Below are positions 9,571 to 19,304 of a stretch of 64,000 nt of DNA, in pieces. The DNA comes from Planctomycetota bacterium. GTDB taxonomy: Bacteria; Planctomycetota; UBA8108; SXIK01. The translations under genes and the position numbers were made by a program. Position 1 is the stretch's first letter; the number at the start of each line of letters is the position of its first letter. The notes under the pieces were generated by a model. The model saw nothing but the letters and a program-made list of their open reading frames with translations, did not search any database and was not told the DNA's origin. The stretch spans positions 4,704,001 through 4,768,000 of the forward strand of contig CBDCXR010000004.1 of NCBI GenBank assembly GCA_965223845.1, in the 5' to 3' direction.

Positions 9571-10358
9571 CACGCCTCCTCCGGCTCGGAGTCGCGCCCG
9601 GTTTCGAGTGCCGAATCCGTAGGGCGGGGGGTGAGCGGTGTCGACGGCGCCTCGAGTCCGGCGACCAAGAAGGACTTCATGTGAGCTAGCGTCGACTCCA
9701 CATCGCGCGTGTCGCAGAGCCCGCCGGTCGTCTGGAGCAGGCGAGCCGGGTTCACGATCGCGTGGACGAGCACGCCGACGCAGAATTGGAATCGCCACTG
9801 AACTTCGCGCGGGGGGAGTTTCGCGAGTGCGAAGCGAAACGCGTCGCTGAAGCGCCGAATCACTTCGGCGAATTCATCCCGCAGGATCGACGCCTTCGCG
9901 TCGTCGGGTTCGCTGTAAAGGCGCGCCATGACGCGCACGAAGTCGCGATGATCGGGGTCCGCGCACCGCTCGAGAGGAGGACGTAGGAGCGCGTCGAGAA
10001 TGTCGGCGAGGGGAATCGGCCCTTCCTCGGCGTTCGCTCGCGCCCGCTCGAGAAGCGCGAGCCGGTCGCGGTTGAGCGGCTCGAGTCGACGGAGGATCAC
10101 CGCGCGGACGAGCGCCTCCTTCGACCCGAAGTGGTAATTGACCGCCGCGAGATTCGCCCCGGCAGCCGCGGTGATCATGCGGAGCGACGTCGCCGGCACG
10201 CCCAGTTCCGCGAACAGGTGCTCGGCGGCGTCGAGAAGCTTCTCCGGCGTCTCTTTCGCTCCGGCCGCCGTCGCGGGCGCGAAACCGGCGTCGAGGCCTT
10301 CGGGCTGGCTGGACAAGGATCGGGTTCTCTGAACGGGCGGGGGGAGTGATCGAGACAA
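9570..10358 (-). CDS. TetR/AcrR family regulator, PsrA-like
   Basis: HTH LLDAAEHLFAELG-TSLRMITAAAGANLAAVNYHFGSKEAL. The TTG start is uncertain. Confidence 0.9.
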   Translation of the reverse strand: MSRSLPPPVQRTRSLSSQPEGLDAGFAPATAAGAKETPEKLLDAAEHLFAELGVPATSLRMITAAAGANLAAVNYHFGSKEALVRAVILRRLEPLNRDRLALLERARANAEEGPIPLADILDALLRPPLERCADPDHRDFVRVMARLYSEPDDAKASILRDEFAEVIRRFSDAFRFALAKLPPREVQWRFQFCVGVLVHAIVNPARLLQTTGGLCDTRDVESTLAHMKSFLVAGLEAPSTPLTPRPTDSALETGRDSEPEEA

Positions 10359-10399
10359 TCAAACGGTAGTTTAAAACGAATGATTGAAACGATCAATCG
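10356..10399. promoter_or_regulatory. Putative TetR (PsrA-type) operator array
   Basis: AT-rich patch with three 13-bp-periodic elements, CAAACggtaGTTTA (10360), AAAACgaatGATTG (10373) and GAAACgatcAATCG (10386), resembling the PsrA motif (C/G)AAAC-N2-4-GTTT(G/C). Confidence 0.6.
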
Positions 10400-10575
10400 A
10401 TTCTTCCCTCGGCGCCTCGAATCGAGCGACGGCGCCGCGTTGAATCGCGCCGCCCCCCTTGAGTGAGAGCCGGGATTCAGCCCGCCCGCCGAACCACAAA
10501 CTCAATTGCGAACAATACTTGTGACCGCTTCCGGCAGACGAAAAGCCGGCATCCTCGACGCGCGTAGCGCTGGAG

Positions 10576-13194
10576 TTAGGAGCGATCGAGCGAGTAGACG
10601 GTGAGACCGCGAGTCCGATCCGCGGCCCCCGGCGCGACGCGCCCGACCACGTATGCGGTGACGACACAGCTCGCGATCGCGATCACGGGATAGAGGAAGA
10701 AGTGCACGGCGCCACTCGCCCGAACGAAATAGAGGACCGCGCCGCTCACACCGAATCCGGCGAGCGCGCCGGCCGCGCTGGCCCGGCGAACGAAGATCCC
10801 GGCGATGAAGAGGCCGGCGAGTCCGCCGCCGAAAAGTCCGATGACCTTCGTGTACTGATCCCACATCGAAGTGCCGCCGAGGGCGGCCATCAGCATCGCG
10901 GAGCCGGTTCCGAGCGCGCCGAGCACGAGCGTCAGCCACCGTGCGGCGCGGAGGTAGTGCTCTTCGCTCGCCACTCGCCATCGGCGATAGAAATCGGTCG
11001 TGAGGACCGTCGCCACCGAGTTCATGCTGCTGTCGAGGCTCGACATGGACGCGGCGAAGAGTCCTGCGATCACGACGCCGGCGACGCCCGCCGGAAGCTC
11101 CTGAGCGACGAACCAGGGGAGTATGTCGTTCGCCCCCCCGGCGGGATTGAGCCGCTCCGGGTTCGTGCGATAGAACGCCCAGAGCGCCGTGCCGAGGAAG
11201 AAGAACAGGATCGTCGCGGGAATCGTGAGGACGGCGTTCGTCCAGATGCCGCGAGCGGCCGCCCGCTCGTCCTTCGTGGTCAGGTACCGCTGCACGACCG
11301 TTTGGTCCGCGGTGTACGGAACGAACTGCTCGAAGAAACGCCCTAGCAATACGACCCAGATCGCGGTGGTCGCCATACCGCCCGTCCAGTTCACCATATG
11401 AAACTTGCCGGCGGCCGATCCGGCCTCGACGATCCCACCGAATCCGCCGGGAACATCTTCGACGATGACTACGACGCTGAGAAGCGCGCCGCCGAGAAGC
11501 ACTACGACCTGAATGACGTCGGTCCAGACGACGGCTTCGATGCCTCCGAGCACGGTGTACGCCGTCGCGAGAATTCCCATCACGAGAATGCTCCACGTGA
11601 CGTCGGTCCCGGTCACCGACGCGAGCGCGAGAGCGGGAAGATAGAGAACGATTCCCATTCGCCCGAGCTGGAGGAGCACGAACGACACGCTTCCGACCGA
11701 ACGCGTCGCCGGACTGAATCGCCGCTCGAGGTATTCGTAAACGCTCGTGACATCGAGTCGGCGGTAGAAGGGGAGGAACCAACAGATCACGAACGGCGCG
11801 GCGAGAACGATGCACATGTTGCCGACGAAGTACACCCAATCCGTGCGGTAGACGAGCGCCGGCGCGGCCATGAACGTGATCGCGCTCAACTGCGTCCCGA
11901 ACACGCTGACTCCGGCGGCCCACCAAGGAATCCGTCGACCGGCGAGAAAGAAATCCGCGGTCGAGTGCTCTCGGCGCGAAAAGTAGACGCCGAGCGCCAC
12001 GAGCGCGGCGAGGTAGACGAAGATCGCGACGTAGTCGAGCGTGTGAAACCCCGCCTCCCGCGGAACGATCGCAGCGGCGAGAACCGCTGGGGACCGCACG
12101 CCGGGACGGATCTCGCCCGACGGGATCACGAGGCGATCCTCCCACCGAACGAGCGACGCCGTCACGTGGCCGGCGGGAACCTCGTCGAGCTCGACCCACC
12201 TGTCCGTGACGAGGTGGTAGGCGAGCACTCGCCGTGAGAATCCGGGATGACGATCGGCGAGCTCCTCGGTCCGCGACGCGAGCGCTCCGTCATCGCCCCC
12301 GACGACGAGGAGGTGATCGGCGCCGAGCGGCGCCATCGGCGACGGCGCGGCGACGACGGGGCGCGGCGGGCTCGCGATCGAGCGCCACGCTCCGCCGCCC
12401 GGCTGCGCGGGATCGGGATCGAAGCGGTAGGCATCGGCGAGGTAGTTGCGCGTCGGCTTGCCATCGACTCCGGGCACGAGCTCGGCGCCACTGGCGACGA
12501 TGATCGCCCCCGCTTGCACTCCGGCGACGGCGAGGAATCGCGGCGGACCCGGCCACGGCTCGAGGCTGCGCCAAGCGGGCGGATCGGCGTTCGGATCTCG
12601 ACCCTCGAGCGCCTCGAGATCGAGCGCCCAGAAGTTGTGGAGCGCGGCCGTTGAATCCGGCGCGGTGAGCCCGCCGGCGACGTACACCGTGCGGCCGACG
12701 AGGACCGCCGAAGAGAACGCGCACGGTGACGGCAGCGGCGGAAGATCACGCCGCGATAGCTTCCCCTCGTCCCAGCGGAGCGCGAACACCTCGTCGTAGT
12801 GGCGATCGGCATCCGATCCGCCGATGCAAACGACGCCGATCGAATCGGAGATCGACGAGCCGTAGGCGAGTGGGCGCGTCAGCGGCTCGATCTCGCGCCA
12901 CTCCGCGCGCGCCGACTCGAGAAGGAAGGTGTTCGGCCACCAAACTTTCTCCGCGTCCGGGTTGCGCTCTCCGTCGAGCCAGAGCCCGCCGGGAAAGTTG
13001 GCGCCGCCGGCAACGATCAGCGCCCCGCCGCTCACTCCGACAAAGGGCGCCGCGACACCGATCCCCGCCTGCGCGACGGACCCCGGCGCCGGCAACGGAG
13101 AGAGCTCCGACCACTCGAAGACTTGAGCGGAAACGAACGTCGACGAACAGACGATCGCGAGGATCAAACCAGCGGCGCGCGGCGGTCGGACCAT
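10576..13194 (-). CDS. Kelch-repeat (NanM-like mutarotase) domain fused to a sodium:solute symporter (SiaT-like)
   Basis: Signal peptide; LIVAGGANFP and Kelch GG repeats; SSS motifs FFLAGRRIPWW, GTQLSAITF, GGIEAVVWTD, DQTVVQRYL, AASMSSLDSSMNS. GAAGGAG RBS before ATG 13194. Confidence 0.9.
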   Translation of the reverse strand: MVRPPRAAGLILAIVCSSTFVSAQVFEWSELSPLPAPGSVAQAGIGVAAPFVGVSGGALIVAGGANFPGGLWLDGERNPDAEKVWWPNTFLLESARAEWREIEPLTRPLAYGSSISDSIGVVCIGGSDADRHYDEVFALRWDEGKLSRRDLPPLPSPCAFSSAVLVGRTVYVAGGLTAPDSTAALHNFWALDLEALEGRDPNADPPAWRSLEPWPGPPRFLAVAGVQAGAIIVASGAELVPGVDGKPTRNYLADAYRFDPDPAQPGGGAWRSIASPPRPVVAAPSPMAPLGADHLLVVGGDDGALASRTEELADRHPGFSRRVLAYHLVTDRWVELDEVPAGHVTASLVRWEDRLVIPSGEIRPGVRSPAVLAAAIVPREAGFHTLDYVAIFVYLAALVALGVYFSRREHSTADFFLAGRRIPWWAAGVSVFGTQLSAITFMAAPALVYRTDWVYFVGNMCIVLAAPFVICWFLPFYRRLDVTSVYEYLERRFSPATRSVGSVSFVLLQLGRMGIVLYLPALALASVTGTDVTWSILVMGILATAYTVLGGIEAVVWTDVIQVVVLLGGALLSVVVIVEDVPGGFGGIVEAGSAAGKFHMVNWTGGMATTAIWVVLLGRFFEQFVPYTADQTVVQRYLTTKDERAAARGIWTNAVLTIPATILFFFLGTALWAFYRTNPERLNPAGGANDILPWFVAQELPAGVAGVVIAGLFAASMSSLDSSMNSVATVLTTDFYRRWRVASEEHYLRAARWLTLVLGALGTGSAMLMAALGGTSMWDQYTKVIGLFGGGLAGLFIAGIFVRRASAAGALAGFGVSGAVLYFVRASGAVHFFLYPVIAIASCVVTAYVVGRVAPGAADRTRGLTVYSLDRS

Positions 13195-13365
13195 GAACAC
13201 TCCTTCGAGCAGCAGAGTGGAAGCGACCATTGTGCCGAGTTGCGCGTGCGCGAACAGGGGATTCCCGCGATCGATCTGCTATGATCGGGCGCGCTTCGAC
13301 CAACCTCGCCGCCTCGAGTCACCCCCGCGTCCGCCCTTGGTGACGCGGAATCGGGAATCCCAGTC

Positions 13366-15246
13366 ATGTCGACCCTCCTCATCGCCGCGGGCGCGTTCGT
13401 CCTCTACCTCGTCGCCTATCACACGTACGGACGGTGGCTCGCCCGCAAGATCTTTCGACTCGATCCGCACGCGAAAGTGCCGAGCGTCGAGCTGAGCGAC
13501 GACCGCGACTACGTCCCAACGGAGAAGGGCGTCGTATTCGGGCACCACTTCACGTCGATCGCGGGTACCGGGCCGATCGTCGGGCCGGCCATCGCAGTGA
13601 TGTGGGGCTGGCTTCCGGCGCTCCTCTGGGTGCTCCTCGGCTCCGTGTTCATCGGCGCCGTCCACGACTTCGGCGCGCTCGTCGTAAGTCTCCGCAACCG
13701 CGGACAGACCGTCGGCGACATCGCCGGGCGGGTGATCACTCCACGCGTTCGGCTGCTCTTTCTCTTCATTCTCTTCCTCGCTCTAACCATCGTGCTCGCG
13801 ATCTTCGGACTCGTGATCGCGGCGGTCTTCCGTCAGTATCCGGCCGCGATCTTTCCGTGCGTCGTGCAGATCCCGATCGCGGTCGCGATCGGGATTTGGC
13901 TCCACCGTCGCGGGGTGAAGCTCATCGTGCCGTCGCTCATCGCGCTTGCGATCATGTACGCAACGGTGATCTACGGCGATCGGGGATGGCTTCACGACTT
14001 CAACGCCGAGCTCGCGAGCTGGAGCATGATGGCCTGGGTCACCGTGCTTCTCGCGTACTCCTACGTCGCGTCCGTGCTCCCGGTTTGGACGCTGCTCCAG
14101 CCGCGAGATTACATCAACAGTCTCCAGCTCCTCACCGCGCTCGGACTGGTCGTCGCGGGACTCGTCACGGCCGCGTTCGTGGGCGGTGCGCCGCCGGCTC
14201 CGGAGGCGGCCCGCCCGCCGCTCGAAATCGTCGCCCCGCTCGTCGAGTGGGCACCGGAGGGCGCGCCGGCGATCTTTCCGTTTCTCTTCATCACGATCGC
14301 CTGCGGCGCGATCAGCGGATTTCATTGCCTCGTGAGCAGCGGGACGTCGAGCAAGCAGCTCCGCTGTGAAACGGACGCGCAGCTCGTCGGGTACGGATCG
14401 ATGCTCACGGAAGGGTTTCTCGCGACCATCGTGATTCTCTCGTGCTGCGCCGGTCTCGGCCTCGGCCTCGCTGCCGACGGGGCGGTTCTGGTCGGCGAAG
14501 CGGCGTGGGCGAAACAGTACTCCTCGTGGGGAGCGGCGAACGCACTCGGCGCGAAGGTGGGAGGATTCGTGGATGGGGCAGCGAACTTCTTGAAGGCGTT
14601 CGGCATTCCCGGGGGCGCGGCGGTCGCACTCATGGGAGTTCTCGTCGCCTCATTCGCGGGAACCACGCTCGATACGGCGTGCCGACTGCAGCGCTACGTG
14701 ATCCAGGAGCTCGCCGGCGTGCTCGCCCCCAAGCGAGCCGGCGGAGGAACCTCGGCTTCGCCGCTTGCGTGGCTCTCCAATCCGCACGCGGCAACGATCA
14801 CCGCGGTCGTTCTCGCCGCTCTGCTCGCGGCGTTTCCGCCGGCGGGACAAGATTGGAGCTGGGAGAACGCCGGTAAGGGCGGCCTGATCCTCTGGCCCAT
14901 GTTCGGCGCGACGAATCAGCTTCTCGGCGGGCTCGCGTTCCTCGTCCTCGTGTTTTGGCTCTGGCGCCGCCGACTTCCGGTCTGGTTCGCTGCGCTTCCG
15001 ATGCTGTTCATGCTCGTTCTCCCGGCGTGGGCGATGCTCCGGCAGATTCCCACCTGGCTGAACGCGGAAGCGACGAACTGGCTGCTGGTCGTCGTCGCGA
15101 TCGCAACTCTAGCGCTCGAGATCTGGATGCTCGTCGAAGCAGCTACACTCTGGCCGCGCGCCAAGGGAGTGCTCGAAGATTCGTTGCCGCCGCTCGGTCG
15201 GCGGCTCCAAAGCGAGCCGCAGAGTGAAGGCGGACGGTCCTGCTAG
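13366..15246 (+). CDS. cstA: Carbon starvation protein A family peptide/pyruvate transporter
   Basis: VFGHHFTSIAGTGPIVGP, LLQPRDYINS, TIACGAISGFH, WPMFGATNQLL. Confidence 0.95.
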   Translation: MSTLLIAAGAFVLYLVAYHTYGRWLARKIFRLDPHAKVPSVELSDDRDYVPTEKGVVFGHHFTSIAGTGPIVGPAIAVMWGWLPALLWVLLGSVFIGAVHDFGALVVSLRNRGQTVGDIAGRVITPRVRLLFLFILFLALTIVLAIFGLVIAAVFRQYPAAIFPCVVQIPIAVAIGIWLHRRGVKLIVPSLIALAIMYATVIYGDRGWLHDFNAELASWSMMAWVTVLLAYSYVASVLPVWTLLQPRDYINSLQLLTALGLVVAGLVTAAFVGGAPPAPEAARPPLEIVAPLVEWAPEGAPAIFPFLFITIACGAISGFHCLVSSGTSSKQLRCETDAQLVGYGSMLTEGFLATIVILSCCAGLGLGLAADGAVLVGEAAWAKQYSSWGAANALGAKVGGFVDGAANFLKAFGIPGGAAVALMGVLVASFAGTTLDTACRLQRYVIQELAGVLAPKRAGGGTSASPLAWLSNPHAATITAVVLAALLAAFPPAGQDWSWENAGKGGLILWPMFGATNQLLGGLAFLVLVFWLWRRRLPVWFAALPMLFMLVLPAWAMLRQIPTWLNAEATNWLLVVVAIATLALEIWMLVEAATLWPRAKGVLEDSLPPLGRRLQSEPQSEGGRSC

Positions 15247-15372
15247 CCGATGTCGAATCGGAGGACCGGCGAGATCGCGCACTCGAGATCATGCGCCCGC
15301 GCGCGTGACGAAACGTTTTCGGCCCCGCGCGGAGAGAGTTCGCTCGGGTGAGACCGAGCGAGGAGACTGGCG

Positions 15373-16572
15373 ATGGCGGACGCAGCGAATTCGGCGGAGC
15401 TCGAGCTCGCGCCCGAGGCGAACGAGCGCGAGGAGGATCTGAGCGATCGCATCGCGAACGCGTGCGACCGGATGGAGAGGATCTATCGCGCCGGATCCTA
15501 CGCGCGCCTGACCGTGCGCCGGTCTTGGTCGAAGCACAATCCGGTGATCTCCGGCGAGTTCGCGCGGCCGTCCGCGTACCGGTGGTACCTCAAGCGGGAG
15601 ATCCGGCGATTTCTTCAGAGTGGGGCTAGCCTCCGCATCGAGCCGTCGCGCCCGCGCGTGCCGCTCGAGTCGCCATCGCTCCTCGAGAGAATCGACGAGC
15701 ACGACTGGGATTTCACCCAGAAGAAATTGTTCCTCTTCGAGCCGGAGCGGATCGATCTCTCCCTCGAGAGACTCGAACACTACACGGGCACTCGGATTGA
15801 AGATTTCCAGCGCTACATCGTGCTCACGAATTATCAGATGCACATGGAAGCGTTCCTCGAGCGGCACCCCGACTGCGCGAAACCGGAGCGGGACGGGGTT
15901 CAGATGCCGGCGTATCACGACGTGCGTCCGGACAATCGGGGCGTCACGATCATCAACATCGGCGTGGGCCCGTCGAACGCGAAGAACTGCACCGACCACG
16001 TGGCTGTGCTTCGCCCCGATGCGATCGTCATGGTCGGACACTGCGGCGGGATGCGAAACCACCAACGGATCGGCGACTTCGTGCTCGCGTCGGGATACAT
16101 GCGCGCCGACCGCGTCCTAGACGAGATCCTGCCGGCGGGAGTGCCGATCGCGCCGAACGACATCCTCAATCGCTTCCTCGCGCAGATTCTCGAGGAGGAG
16201 GGGCTGTCGTACCGGCTCGGGACGGTGTACACGACGGCCGATCGAAATTGGGAACTCGCCCTAAAGGGAACTCTGCGCGACCTTCGCGCGAGTCGGAGCC
16301 TAGCGATCGACATGGAGTCGGCGACCGTCGCCGCGAACGGATTTCGGTATCGCATTCCGTCGGCAACGCTCCTCTGCGTCTCCGACAAACCGCTCCACGG
16401 AAAGCCGAAGCTCCCGGATACCGCGGTCCATTTCTACCGCGAGACTCAGGCAAAGCACATTCACATCGCGCTCTCGGCAATCGACCTCGTGCGGAAGACT
16501 TGGCCGAGCGGCCTGCCGACGAGCAGTCTCCGCGCGCCGGACGAGCCGTTGATGGGTGGGCCGATCGTCTAG
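15373..16572 (+). CDS. amn: AMP nucleosidase
   Basis: RLEHYTGT, LTNYQ, QMPAYH, NIGVGPSNAK, GHCGG, DMESATVAANGFRYR, LLCVSDKPLHG. Confidence 0.93.
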   Translation: MADAANSAELELAPEANEREEDLSDRIANACDRMERIYRAGSYARLTVRRSWSKHNPVISGEFARPSAYRWYLKREIRRFLQSGASLRIEPSRPRVPLESPSLLERIDEHDWDFTQKKLFLFEPERIDLSLERLEHYTGTRIEDFQRYIVLTNYQMHMEAFLERHPDCAKPERDGVQMPAYHDVRPDNRGVTIINIGVGPSNAKNCTDHVAVLRPDAIVMVGHCGGMRNHQRIGDFVLASGYMRADRVLDEILPAGVPIAPNDILNRFLAQILEEEGLSYRLGTVYTTADRNWELALKGTLRDLRASRSLAIDMESATVAANGFRYRIPSATLLCVSDKPLHGKPKLPDTAVHFYRETQAKHIHIALSAIDLVRKTWPSGLPTSSLRAPDEPLMGGPIV

Positions 16573-16659
16573 TCCGCGGGGGCCGCGTTGTTCGCGTCCG
16601 CGAAGCTCGACATCTGTGGTGTTGAACCTCGGTGGCGTTCCGGCGACACTCGGCGCGCT

Positions 16660-17421
16660 ATGTCGCGCCGCCACTACGTCGAGCTCGTTCTCTACAAGAC
16701 CTACGCGGAGCTCCGCGTCGAGTCCGCCCGCACGTACATCGGCTTCCTGTGGTGGGTCATCGATCCGATCGTCAGCATGTGCGTGTACTACGTCGCGTTC
16801 GGCGTTCTTCTCCAGAATCGTACCGAGGACTACGTTCCCTTTCTGTTCCTCGGTCTCGTCCCGTGGCGCTGGCAGACGGCGAGCATGGTTCACGCGGGAA
16901 AATCGCTGATCGCCGGTCGCCACCTCATGCAGCAGGTCGATCTCCCCAAGGTCGTCTTCCCGGTGGTCACGATCCTCTCGGACGCGATCAAGTTCTCGTT
17001 CGTCTTCGTCGTACTTCTCATCTTCCTTTGGATCTACGGAACGCCGGTGACCTCTGCCTACGTCGCGCTCCCGGCCGTTCTTCTCGCGCACTTTCTCTTC
17101 ATCGGAGCGCTTTGCTTCCTCCTCGCGGCCGTCGTCCCGTTCATGGAAGACATTCAGATTCTCGTCGACTACGGCATGCGCCTCTTGTTCTTCGTCTCCG
17201 GAATCTTCTGGTCGATCGAGCGGATCGATCCACGCTTCCACGAATACGTCCGACTGAACCCGTTCTTTTCGATCGTGGACTCGTACCGAAAGATCCTCCT
17301 CTACGGAGAGTGGCCGTCTCCGGTGGCGCTGTTGTGGATCGGGCTTCTCTCGCTCGGCGGCTGTATTCTCGGCATCGCGATCATTCGCCGGTATGACTGG
17401 ACCTACCCCAAGCTCGTCTGA
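16660..17421 (+). CDS. wzm: ABC-2 polysaccharide export permease (Wzm/TagG-like)
   Basis: RTYIGFLWWVIDP, LMQQVDLPK, DIQILV, LNP; six TM helices. Confidence 0.85.
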   Translation: MSRRHYVELVLYKTYAELRVESARTYIGFLWWVIDPIVSMCVYYVAFGVLLQNRTEDYVPFLFLGLVPWRWQTASMVHAGKSLIAGRHLMQQVDLPKVVFPVVTILSDAIKFSFVFVVLLIFLWIYGTPVTSAYVALPAVLLAHFLFIGALCFLLAAVVPFMEDIQILVDYGMRLLFFVSGIFWSIERIDPRFHEYVRLNPFFSIVDSYRKILLYGEWPSPVALLWIGLLSLGGCILGIAIIRRYDWTYPKLV

Positions 17422-18151
17422 AGAACCAAGCCCGTCCGACGCCCGCGCCGGGACTCCACCGGTGCTCGAGTTGCGCTCGGTAGGTCTTTTTTACTCGCGT
17501 AAGCGGCGACTCACGCGTCCGGGTGCGGCCGACTTTTGGGCCCTCCGCGATGTCTCGCTCGAGCTCCGACGCGGCGAGACGCTGGGGGTCATCGGCCGGA
17601 ACGGCTCGGGGAAGACGTCCCTCCTCAAGGTCCTTGCGGGCATCCTCCGTCCCGATCGCGGTGAGCTGACGCGTCGCTGCGGCCCCGCCACCCTGCTCTC
17701 TCTCCAGGTCGGCTTCCTCCCCGATCTCTCCGGCCGGCAGAACGTCACCTTGAGCGGTCTCCTTCTCGGGATGCGACGAGAAGAGATCGAACGGAGGATG
17801 TCTGCGATCACCGAGTTCGCCGAGCTCGAAGAGTTCATCGACGAACCCATCCGAACGTACTCCGCGGGCATGCGGGCGCGACTCGGCTTTGCGACGGCCT
17901 TTCAAATCGACCCCGACGTCCTCCTCATCGACGAAGTGCTCGGCGTCGGCGACGCCGAGTTCCTACGGAAATCACGCGCCGCACTGAAGGCGAAGGTGCA
18001 ATCGGATCGCACGGTCGTGATCGTTTCCCACAGCCCGCAGATGATCACGGATCTCTGCGATCGAGCGGTTTGGCTCGACGGAGGAGTCTCGCGAATGGAA
18101 GGTGACGTGGGAGACGTACTCTCCGCGTATCGCGAATCTCAGCGCAGTTGA
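17393..18151 (+). CDS. wzt: ABC polysaccharide export ATPase (Wzt/TagH-like), no C-terminal carbohydrate-binding domain
   Basis: FWALRDVS, GRNGSGKT, YSAGMRARLGF, IDEVLGVGDAEF. The start codon is uncertain. Confidence 0.88.
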   Translation: MTGPTPSSSEEPSPSDARAGTPPVLELRSVGLFYSRKRRLTRPGAADFWALRDVSLELRRGETLGVIGRNGSGKTSLLKVLAGILRPDRGELTRRCGPATLLSLQVGFLPDLSGRQNVTLSGLLLGMRREEIERRMSAITEFAELEEFIDEPIRTYSAGMRARLGFATAFQIDPDVLLIDEVLGVGDAEFLRKSRAALKAKVQSDRTVVIVSHSPQMITDLCDRAVWLDGGVSRMEGDVGDVLSAYRESQRS

Positions 18152-18200
18152 CCCAGGTGCCGTCGCCGGCCGGATTTCGTTCGGTCCGCGCGGCGGCGAG

Positions 18201-19016
18201 TCAATCGCTTCGCGGCGATCGAGCGCCCTCGTGAGCGATCGCCATCAGCCGCTGTCGCCTCACTTCTCCGGCGAGGCGATCCGCTTCGAGCGCCTCGAGG
18301 AGCGCTCGAAGCACGGGCCGCTTCAGCTCGTCGAGTTGCGCCGCGATCTCGGTCATGGTCTCCCACCTCGTCCTCGGGGCGAGGATCCCGAGTCCGTAAA
18401 GTACGGGGATGCAGCGAAACTCGAGCGACTCATCGCGCGTGCGAACGAAGTCCTCAACGGCGGTCAACACCCCGTTGCGCTCGCCCCCTTCGAACAGCGC
18501 GTTGCAGAGATGGGCGTTCAGCGTGCCCTCGTTCGCACCCGCGCCGGGACGACGAATTCCGATTCGCCCGTAGGGCTGGCGACTCTCCTCCGGGATCTGC
18601 GCAGGATTGTAGTAGAGGTCTCGCCTCCCGTACGGCCATCCGACGTCGTGGAGCAAGACCACCGGAAGCTCCTTTCCCGCGGCGTCCGCCGCCTCGCCGA
18701 TGAGTTGAAGCTCGCTGAGAACGGAGTACCAGTTGTGATCACCGTCGACGAGCGCGAGGTCCACTGCGCCGATGTCGCGCAGAGCATCGAGACTCTTCGC
18801 GCGGTGAAAAACGAGTGCCTCGCGAAAGAGGCGCGACCACGCGCCCACGTCGAACCGAGGTTTCGGATCCACGGCGTGGAGGACGGCGTCGTTGGCACGG
18901 CAGTATTCGAGAAGAAGCCGAGTGTGAGCACCGTCGGCACAGCCGATCTCGAGGATCGACCGCGGCCGGACGATCTCGACGACCGGTCGAGTTACCGCAG
19001 TCCAGAAACGGTGCAT
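18201..19016 (-). CDS. Class I SAM-dependent methyltransferase (Methyltransf_24-like)
   Basis: ILEIGCADG, LVDGDHNWYSV, LHDVGWPYGRRDLYY, NGVLTAVEDF; short coiled-coil tail. Confidence 0.85.
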   Translation of the reverse strand: MHRFWTAVTRPVVEIVRPRSILEIGCADGAHTRLLLEYCRANDAVLHAVDPKPRFDVGAWSRLFREALVFHRAKSLDALRDIGAVDLALVDGDHNWYSVLSELQLIGEAADAAGKELPVVLLHDVGWPYGRRDLYYNPAQIPEESRQPYGRIGIRRPGAGANEGTLNAHLCNALFEGGERNGVLTAVEDFVRTRDESLEFRCIPVLYGLGILAPRTRWETMTEIAAQLDELKRPVLRALLEALEADRLAGEVRRQRLMAIAHEGARSPRSD

Positions 19017-19304
19017 CGAGTCGTCCTTCTCACTCGGGGACTGCCGCCTCGGCTTCGGCCGCGCCGCGCGCACCGCGACGAACGCAGCGCTTCGCTCAAG
19101 AGTTCGGCCGGCTCTCTTCGCGCCCGCACTGGGGCAGAAAAAAATCCGGCGATCCGACGCTTCCAACCGACCGCCGTTCACCGGTATTGTCAGCCCGACG
19201 AGTCCACGCCGCAAGCGGATCGTCGGCCGCTTCGGCGCGGGCTGGATTTCCCGCATCGGGGGTCACGAAAGAAGTTCGCGCTCGACGCGCGATTGGAGAG
19301 AAGC

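Noticed and set aside
18102-19304. N-terminal extension of the 899-aa plus-strand ORF
   Set aside because: It is the antisense shadow of the minus-strand methyltransferase; recognisable protein starts at 19305.
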